From the human T2T-CHM13v2.0 reference genome, Homo sapiens, in NCBI RefSeq assembly GCF_009914755.1, contig NC_060933.1: 64,000 nucleotides of DNA. One strand, given 5' to 3'. The translations under genes were made by a program, and so were the position numbers. The first letter of the stretch is position 1; each line of letters starts with the position of its first letter. Below, in pieces: positions 55,098-64,000 of this stretch. The notes under the pieces were generated by a model that saw nothing but the letters and a program-made list of their open reading frames with translations, was not told the DNA's origin and ran no database searches.

Positions 55098-55134
<37 letters not shown>
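55098..55134 (+). repeat. Pure poly(A)37
   Basis: Direct count. Confidence 0.93.
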
Positions 55135-55137
<3 letters not shown>

Positions 55138-55211
55138 CATTTCCCAGACTCTCTTGCAGCTAAATTTCTGGGTACAGAATAAGCTTCGCCAATTAGAAAA
55201 TACGTAAGATT

Positions 55212-55323
55212 TTAACGTCTTTATTGAGATATAATTCATGTAACATACAATTCATGCACTTAAAGTGTATAATTAAATGGCTTTTGGTACATTCATAGGG
55301 CTGTGCAACCACCATCATAATCA
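55212..55323 (-). mobile_element. Short L1MB 3' end
   Basis: ctttattgagatataattca…tgtgcaaccaccatc; TSD agaaaatacgtaagatttt / agaaaatatgtaaatttt. Confidence 0.8.
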
Positions 55324-56112
55324 AGAAAATATGTAAATTTTGAAAGACAAAAGGCCAAGGCCATCTATTTGCCACTTCTGATTGTCACTGCTGGTAAGCA
55401 CTGGGTTTTCTTGGCACCACTTTTGTAGTATCCAGTCACCAGCTTCTTATATGGCAACAGGCATTTGCAGCAGCAGTGGTGGCTTCCTGGTGACTTGATT
55501 GAGCCTCCTAATTATTATGGCAATTGTAGCTTTCCTGGCTTATTATTTCTGCAGCCATTTTCTAGGCATTATTACCGAAAATTCAACTTAGAACCTGCGC
55601 CTTCGGCCTTTCCAATGATTTCATAAAACACTTAACCCCCATATTAATTTCCTTGCTGAATAAAGTAGCTAGAGCGATTTGTTACAAATTAGTTGATTTG
55701 AGCCCAAAGTTTTATCTTTAACTTCTAACATTTTACTAATCTTCTCCTATCTTGAAAGGCATTCATAGTCAACATGCCCCCAAATGAACTCATTATCCTC
55801 AGTCACAGACCTTATCTCCTTCCTGATTCTCTACCTCGGTGAATAGATCTACCTGATAGCCCATTAACCCTGCCAGTAACCTTGGAGTTTTCCTTAACTA
55901 CTTTCCCTCAAATCTCCCCTTTCATTTTTTACAATTAGTTAATCAGTTACCAAATCCCAGATCTCAGGCTTCTCTGTCATCTCTACAACTGCCTGAACCT
56001 CTATTCTCTGTTGCTCAGATTGTTAGGAAGAGTAGCTTCCTATTTATTCCTCACTAGCCCTTTTCACCCTCTCAGATCATCCCACATGGAGGCCAGAGTG
56101 ATCAGTCTAAAA

Positions 56113-57158
56113 CAGTGGTCCCCAACTCCGGGGCCATGGACTGGTACCGGTCTGTGGTCTGTGGCCAGTAAGGAACCGAGCTGCACAGCAGGAGGTGAGT
56201 GGCAGGCAAGTGAGTGAAGCTTCATCTGTATTTAGAGCCACTCTCCATCACTTGAATTACCACCTGAGCTCCACCTCCTGTAGGATCAGTGGGGGCATTA
56301 GATTCTCATAGGAGCCTGAACACTACTGTGAACTGCACATGTGAGGTATCTAGGTTGCCTGCTCCCTGTGAGAATCTAATGCCTGGTGATCTGAGGTGGA
56401 GCTGAGGTGGTGGTGCCAGCTCTAGGGAGTGGCTGCAAATACACATTAACATTAGCAGAAAGGTTTGACTGCAGAGACTATAATAAATCAATTGCTTGCA
56501 GACTCATATCGAAACCCTGTCAGTGAGTGGCAAGTGACAATTAAACTGCATCTTGTGGCAAGCTTTATAGTGGCAAGTGAGTTAATGTGCTTCAATTGTA
56601 CAACTGCATCTGGTGGCCTTAAAAGTATGTCTAAGATAACTTCAAATCTTTGTATGTTCTGGATTAAAGTTGAGGCCTTAAAAGTATGTCTAAGATAACT
56701 TCAAATCTTTGTATGTTCTGGATTAAAGTTAAGGCAGACTATCCTGAGATTGCCACAAAAGCAGTGAAATGCCTGCTTCCAATTCCAACATCCTATCTTT
56801 GTGAAGCAGGGTTTTCTGCAGTGACAGCAACCAAAACAAGATTACAGAGTAGACAGGACATAAGCAATACACTTTGGGCGTCACTGTCTTCCATTGCCCC
56901 CAGATGGGACCATCAGTCTAGTTGCAGGAAAACAAGCTCAGGGTTCCCACTGATTTTACATTATGGTGAGTTGTATAATTATTTTGTTACATATGACAAT
57001 GTAATAATAGTATAAATAAAGTACACAATAAACCTAATGAGCTTGAATCGTCCTGAAACCGTCACCCCGCGCCCAGCCATCCCCCTTCCTGTCCCAGTCC
57101 CTGGAAAATTGTCTTTCACGCAACTGGTCCCTGGTGCCAAAAATGTTGGGGACTGCTC
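56113..57158 (+). mobile_element. Charlie3/MER1-family hAT internal-deletion derivative
   Basis: TIRs cagtggtccccaac / gttggggactgctc; 8-bp TSD gtctaaaa / atctaaag (Charlie NTCTAGAN preference). Confidence 0.9.
56686..56915 (+). pseudogene. Charlie3 transposase C-terminal hAT dimerisation-domain remnant
   Basis: FWIKVKADYPEIATKAVKCLLPIPTSYLCEAGFS..TKTRL fits the hATC W…YP…PTSYLCE.GFS pattern. Confidence 0.85.
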
Positions 57159-57383
57159 ATCTAAAGCACCGATCTCATCATGTCATGTTCTTTTTTGAAA
57201 TCCTTCAGTAGTTCCTCTTGCCTAGAAAGTAAAGTGTATGTAAAATTTAAGTTTCCTTAACATAGCATTCAAGGCCCCTTATGGCTTGGCCTCTGTTTAG
57301 CTCTCCAGATCCTTTCTATGCTGTTTCTTACTTTTTCGTATTTTGTACTTTAGCCATATTGAACTATACACCATGCCTTTTAA

Positions 57384-57747
<364 letters not shown>

Positions 57748-58134
57748 TTTACTGATGAATTCTTATTTGTTATTCAAAAATCCTACTCAAGTGTCATCTT
57801 TGTGACTATGAAGACTTTGCTGATCAACTCCCCTAAATGCCCCCCCACATACAATTCAGTATAATCAATCATTCACTCCTTTCTTCTGTTTGCTGCTTTC
57901 TATTGTTGCCTATATTTCAAGTGTCATGTTTGTTTACCTGAATTCTCTCCCACTAGTCTGGTGCTGTGTCTCAATACCTGTGGACCCCAAGTGCCTAGCA
58001 TAGAGCCTGACACAGAGTAGATACTCAGAATATATTCGAAGAATTTAACTACAATGGAGCCCAGTCCCAGACCCAGTAATCTTTGACCAAATGTTTGAGA
58101 TAAGGTGGATAAGCCAAGGCACTCTTCTTTAGCA

Positions 58135-58660
58135 ATTCTACTTTTGGGTATATTCACTTCCGAGTCCAAAAAAAAAAAACTGAAAGCAGAGATTCAAACA
58201 TATTTTGCACTAATATTCATAGTTACATTATTCACAATAGCCAAAATGTGGAAACAGTGTAAATGGCCATCTACAGATGAATGAATAAATAAAATGTGAT
58301 ACACACATATGATGGGACATTATCCAGCCTTAAAAGGGAGTAAATTCTGACGCATACTACAACATGGCAAGCCTTAAAGACATTGTGCTATGTGAAATAA
58401 GCCAGACACACACACAAAAATATTATGTTATTCTACTAAGATACATATAGTAGTAAAAATTCATAGAGGCAGAAAGTAGGATGGTGCTTATCAGGGCCTT
58501 AGGGAAAGGAGAATGAATCAAGGCTTCAATTTAGGATGACAAAATGTTCTGGAGGAGGATAGTGGGGGTGGTTGCACAACAGTGTAAATATAGTTCATGC
58601 CACTGAAGGGTACATTTAAAGTGGACAAAATTATAGATCTCATGTCTATTTTACCACAAT
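58135..58660 (+). mobile_element. L1MB (MB3-like) 3' end
   Basis: ttattcacaatagccaaaatgtggaaac…ggtggttgcacaacagtgtaaat…ttttaccacaat. Confidence 0.8.
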
Positions 58661-59026
58661 TGCTATGGTCTGAATGTTTGTGTCCCCCCAAAATTCGTAT
58701 GTTGAAGTCTAATCACCAATATGGAGGTATTCGGAGGTGGGACATTTGGGAGGTAATTAACTCATGAGAGCAGAGCCCTCATGAATGAGATTACTGCCCT
58801 TATAAAAAAGGCCTTAGAGAGCTACTTTCCCCCTTCCACTATGTGAGGACACAGCTAGAAGGGCACTGCCTATGAACCAGAAAGTGAGTCCTCACCGGAC
58901 ACTGAATCTGCCGGTGACTTGATCTGGGGCTTCTCACCTTCCAGATCTGTGAGAAATAAATTTCTGTTGTTTAAAAGCTACCCAGTCCATGGTATTTTCT
59001 TATAGTACCCCAAATAGCCTAAGATA
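58661..59026 (+). mobile_element. MLT1A0 solo LTR
   Basis: tgctatggtctgaatgtttgtgtcccc…ctaagata; TSD acaat / acagt. Confidence 0.9.
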
Positions 59027-59039
59027 ACAGTAACAAAAA

Positions 59040-59210
59040 AGCAGTATTCTGATCAGGATACGTGAGTTCTATTCTCAGATCTTCCATCATGCAGGTATGT
59101 ATAATTGAACTATCTGATACTCTGCTTTCCTAGGACTCAGTTTCCTTATCTATGTAGTGAAAAGCCTAGAATAAAGGCCTGACATTTCCTTCTAGCTATA
59201 AAATTGTTTT
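59040..59210 (+). mobile_element. MIR3-like SINE
   Basis: ggactcagtttccttatctatg…ccttctagctataaaattg. Confidence 0.5.
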
Positions 59211-59444
59211 CCCACCCACTGGAGGATCTAGTTCAATTAGGTTGAAGGTCCATGTCAAGAAACATACTGCAAAAGATCCACCACATCACAGCCCGAAAGA
59301 ATCTATAACTTTTCTCCTGCAGGCTCATGAAGGCCAGTTGAGTTTCAGCAGGATGGTCTTAGCAATGGTTGACCAGAGTATGATGCATCCTTTCTGTCCA
59401 TAGCAGATCAAGAATGGAATAGAATATGTATCCAGGATTCAAAT

Positions 59445-59740
59445 AATCATTCATTCAGCATTTATTATGTACCTGCCATGTGTCAGGGACTCTACTAAGT
59501 GCCAGGAGTATAGATATCAGTAAGACATGTGGATCAGAGCGTTCATATAATAGTAAAGTAGGAAACACTGGCATATTAACAAATACTTAAGATAAAGGAA
59601 TTCAACATTAAAAAACCAAATAGAGACATGTACAAAGAACTAGGGATTTGTAGGGTCCCTTACTACCTGTGAGGAGTAGAACATCACAGAGAAAGTCAAT
59701 TTTGAGCTAGTTTTGAGGGATGAGGAGTTCTTGAAGCAGG
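59445..59740 (-). mobile_element. L2 3' fragment
   Basis: cattcattcagcatttattatgtacctgccatgtgtcagggactctactaagtg. Confidence 0.7.
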
Positions 59741-60559
59741 AGCTGAGTAGTAGAATTCTTGATTTTCTTCTTTCTTGATCTGCTCTCTGTGTTCATGTTG
59801 CCCCAGCATGGCAGCTGGGATATGAGAGGAATTCAGAAAGGTTGCTGTATCCATGGTACGATGGCTGCTATAAATAGCATTTTTCCTTAAATCTTATTTC
59901 TTCTGATACATTCTCAAAAATATACCCTCTCTTAATATCCTTTAAAGACTCCCTTAGGCAAAGATAAAATATTACCCACAATCTGCTATTCTCTTAATAG
60001 CTTTGCCAATGTTTGCTGTTCCAATGTCAACAGTCATTATATAGCGTGGCTTTCAATTTGGGATTAAACCTCTTTTATTCTTGCAGTAATCAGAAAAGTA
60101 ATTGGATAGTTAGTATGCTCTTTGGAATTCCATTGAAAAAGAATGAGATTCTGCCAGATCCTGTCATGGAAGAAGAAAACAGGTGCAAAAGGTGAAGAAA
60201 AAGCTCCTGAAAGGGAAGTGCTGACAGGTGACACCAGTCACAAAACAGACTTGCAGCACCCAAGGGGCACCAGCTTGGGAGATGTGCCAAAATTGGCCTG
60301 TGGGTCCCAACAAGCAGGAGCTTGAAGGAAACTAATTAATTAAAGAGTGTCAAACACATTGTCAGAGTGCAGACAGCAGAAAATAAAATGGACTTCACAT
60401 GGTTTGACCAGTAGGGCAAGAGTAAGATCATACTGAACTCATAAACTTTTTTTTCTGAAAAAGATAAGTTCAAGCACATTTTAATTCTATCATGGTTAGA
60501 AGACAAATTGCTATTTCAAATTTTGGCTGAAATAGAGGCTTCCTAAAAAGAGAGAAAGA

Positions 60560-60780
60560 AAAACTAGTATTTATTGAGCACATACTATGTGCCAAACATT
60601 GAGAGAAGCCTTCTGGACAAATAAGTTGACACTTCAAGGGGCACAATTTACATTGTAGTATATGTGAAGTTGTGCAGGGTTTCAGCACTTCTGCCATTTT
60701 GTGCATGTCAACTCATTTAAACCTTGTGAAAGCTCAGTGAAGGAAGATGTTATTTTTACAGATGAGGAAATAGACCTGGG
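60560..60780 (-). mobile_element. MIR (possibly carrying a small MER91-like insert at ~60622-60690)
   Basis: atttattgagcacatactatgtgcca…ttttacagatgaggaaa. Confidence 0.6.
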
Positions 60781-60940
60781 TCTTGACTTCAGCTCCCCAA
60801 TGTATTAGCTATGCTATCTTTGAATGTTACTTAACCTTGCTGAGCTTAGAAGTCCCTCCTTATTCCACTATCCCACATGGATGTCAGATGGCAGCCACTG
60901 CAGTATAAATGGCTTCCATGGAAACAAAAACTAAAGAAAT

Positions 60941-63242
60941 TGTCTAAATCTGTTTTGTGTTGCTATAGGAGATACCACAAACTGAGTAATACAGGCCTAT
61001 GAAGGCCCTTTAAAGGCCTATGAAGCCTTGACCTTGGACTACCCTGCCTCTAGAACTGTAAGAAGTAAATCTTCTTACAAGGTCAAATATCTTGTGAGGG
61101 CCTTCTTGCTGTGTCATCCCATGGCAGGAAGCAGAAGGGCAAGAGAGCACACACTTGTGAGAGAGGAAGGGAGACCAACTTACCCTTTTATCAGGAAACC
61201 ACTGTCATGATAACTAACCTACTCCTACATTAATGGGATTAATCCATTTATGTGGGCAGAGCCCTTATGACTTAATCACCTCTTAAAGGTCCCAGCTCTC
61301 AAAACGTGCACTGGGGATTATGTTCTGAACACATAAACTTTGAGGGACACGTTCAAATCATAAAATGGTGCTCCAAGGTCCCCAAATTAATATCCTTCTC
61401 ACATATAAATACATTAATTCCATCACAGTAACACCAAAGTCTAACTCGTTCTGGCACCAACTCAAGTCCAAAATCCGAAATCTCATCTAAATCAGATATG
61501 GGTAAGACTCAGGGCATCATTCATCCTAAGGCAAATTCTCTTCTAGCCATAAACCTTTGAAATCAAAACAAGTTACCTACTTCCAAAATGCAATGATGGG
61601 ACAGGTATAGGATAGACATCCCCATTCCAAAAGGGAGAAATAGGCAAGAAGAATGGGTAACTGGTGCCAAGTAAGAACAAAACCCAACAGGGAAAACAAC
61701 ATTAACTCTTAAAGAATAATTTTCCTACAACTCCATGTCCTGCATCCTGGGCACATGGAGGCCCTCAAGGCCTCAGGCAGCCCTGCCCCTATAGCTTTGC
61801 TGGGATTAATCCACCCAGCAGCTCCCACAGGTTGGAGTCTTGTGCTAGTACCTTTCTTAGGCTGGGATTACACACTGGTGACCGTACAGTTTTGGGGTCT
61901 CATGAACTGCCCAGTTCTGTGGCTCCACTAGACATTGTCCTAGTGAGGATTCCTCAGTGGCTTTGCTCCTACAGCTTCATGGGCCATACCCTATTGGGTG
62001 TTCTGTGTGAAGGCTCTGCCTGGGCCCCTAGGTTGTCCATGACATCCTTTGAAATCCATGTGGAAGAAGCCATGACCCCATAGCTTATATCCTGCATGCC
62101 TGTAGTATTAGCACCAATGGATGCTACCAACATTTATGGCATGTACCTTCTGGAGCAATGAACTGAGATGCACTTGGGCCTACTTGAATCATGGCTGGGG
62201 CAGTTGAGTGGTGCTGTGTCAGAATTTTGGGAGCAGAGTTCTGAGGCAGCAAAAAGCAGCAAATGCAGAGGACCTTGAAGCATCTCTCTGGAAACCTTGC
62301 CCTCAAGATCCTAGATTGCCTCAAAAAATCTTGGAAATGTCTTTGGGTATCATTCTCACATTGTCTTGATGATAGCACCCAGCTTAATATCTTTAGCAAA
62401 CAATCGCTTAGCCATGCACTTGGTTCGCTCTCCTAAAGATGCCTTTTCACTGTTTACATGCTAGGCTGCAAATTTTCAATATTTTTACATTCTGTTTATC
62501 TTTTAGTTATAAATTCTCTATTTAAGCCATTTCTTGTCTCTCACATCTTATTGTATGCAGTTAAAAGTAGCCACATACCTCCTTCAATATCTGCCTTAAA
62601 AATGTCTTCTGTCATATATTCTAGTCCTAAACTTTGCCTTCCATAGAGCCCTCAGGCATGGACACAATTCAGCCAAATTCTTTGCTACTTTATCACAAGG
62701 ATGAGCTTTATTCCAATTTCTAGTACCTTATTCCTCAGTTCCATCTAAGACCTCATGGAAAGTCTTTATATTTATACCAATATTTTGATTATGACCACTT
62801 AAGTAATTACTAAGAAGTTTCAGACTTTCCCTACGTTTCATTTCTTCTGAGTCCTCAGCAGAATTGCCCTTAAGGCTCCACTCCTGACAATCTAGGCTTT
62901 TTCTAGCCTGGTTCTCCAAATTCTTTCAACCTCTTCTCATTACCCAGTTTCAAAGTCACTTCAGGTATTTGTTATAGCAGAAGCCCCACTTTTCAGTATC
63001 AATTTTCTGTCTTAGGCCATTTTGGGTGGCTATAACAGAATACTACAGACTGGGTAATTTATAAGAAACAGAGATTTATTTGCTACATTTCTGGAGGCTG
63101 GGAAGTTCAAGGTCAAAGTTCCTGAATTTGATGAGAGCCTTCTTGCCACATCATCCCATGGCAGAAGAACAAGAGAGCACTTTGGTGCAGGAAAAGAAGG
63201 GGGCTGAACTTATCCCTGGGGACACACATACAAACCATAGCA
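60941..63242 (-). mobile_element. Full-length MSTC-like MaLR provirus (LTRs 60941-61365 and 63008-63242; internal 61366-63007)
   Basis: Two homologous LTRs, MST-int text (gatagacatccccattccaaaagggagaaataggc), perfect 5-bp TSD gaaat (60936-60940 / 63243-63247). Confidence 0.88.
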
Positions 63243-63552
63243 GAAATAGTCCCAATGCTTTAGACTTTGCTGGCCTAAGCAAAATGCTGACATGGACAGA
63301 ATTTCCCTCATCAAAACTTTTCTCCTCAAGGTATGAGCTTTTTAAAGATCTTCCTCTTTTCAAAAACCAGCTCTCAAATTCTGCCTTTATGTCAGGGCAT
63401 AAAATTCCCATGAAACTTTTTTGGTGTCTACCCTTTCAAAAATATCTGCATTTTAACAGATAGGTAAGCATTGAACTAGGGTCCTTTAGTAGCCATTGAC
63501 ATCTGTCTGGAAACCTGAGAATCTTACCTGAAAAAGTTTTCCTGCCAAGTCC

Positions 63553-63886
63553 TTTTCTTTTCTTTTCTTCTTTCTTTTTCTTTTTTTTTTTTTTTTTTTT
63601 TTTTTAGACGGAGTCTCACTCTGTCATCCAGGCTGGAGTGCAGTGGCACAATCTTGGCTCACTGCAACCTGTCTCTCCTGGGTTCAAGCAGTTCTCCTAC
63701 CTCAGCCTCCTGAGTAGCTAGGATTACAGGCACCTGCCACCATGCCCAGCTAATTTTTGCATTTTTAGTAGAAATGGGGTTTCACCACATTGGCCAGGCT
63801 GGTCTCAAACTCCTGACCTCAGGTGATCTGCCCACCTTGGCCTCCCAAAGTGCTGGGATTACAGGTGTGAGTCACGGCACCTGGCT
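63553..63886 (-). mobile_element. AluSx-like
   Basis: TTTC/T tail; ctcctgacctcaggtgatctgccc; TSD core tgccaagt. Confidence 0.94.
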
Positions 63887-64000
63887 CTGGCCCTTGCCAA
63901 GTTTCTTAAGGAGCCTATTGTTAGCATGGCATCTTCATTTGTGGCTGCTTCTAGAATTAGGCTCTTAGATTCATATTCTCCCTACGGAAGGGTGCTGTAG

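Larger units (their letters stand above)
55078..55690 (+). mobile_element. LTR67B-like ERVL LTR, split by an L1 3' fragment
   Basis: acatttcccagactctcttgcagcta; cctttccaatgatttcataaaacacttaac…gctagagcgattt. Confidence 0.55.

Noticed and set aside
48211-56735. Direct repeats as a CRISPR-like array
   Set aside because: Only two-copy tandem duplications without spacers, in a eukaryotic context with no cas genes.
60143-60325. Protein-like 60-aa ORF (KKKTGAKGEEKAPEREVL)
   Set aside because: Purine-rich composition explains the charged residues; no recognised homologue, strong splice sites or processed-pseudogene hallmarks.

Overview
Primate genomic DNA (AluJ/S/Y, L1PA, THE1 and MLT2 present; the species cannot be fixed from sequence alone). 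It is AT-rich, CpG-depleted and intergenic or intronic, with no host protein-coding exon, RNA gene or CpG island that I can recognise. Much of the window is transposable-element relics: L2, MIR, L3/CR1, L1ME/MD/MC/MB/PA, Alu, ERVL/MaLR LTRs, hAT and Tigger elements, often nested. The only ORFs with recognisable homology are TE remnants: L1 ORF2, HERV-L dUTPase and Charlie3 transposase C-terminus. The most unusual structure is at 11718-14597. A THE1D MaLR (minus strand) is fused back-to-back to a HERV-L 3' end plus MLT2 LTR (plus strand) through an 8-bp microhomology, and the whole chimera is bounded by one perfect 5-bp target-site duplication (TATGG) inside an otherwise continuous L2. It looks like a single integration event using LTR ends from two different retroelement families. 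Several template-switch scars (templated duplication, micro-inversions) are also visible. Subfamily names come from recalled consensus sequences and need RepeatMasker/Dfam confirmation.
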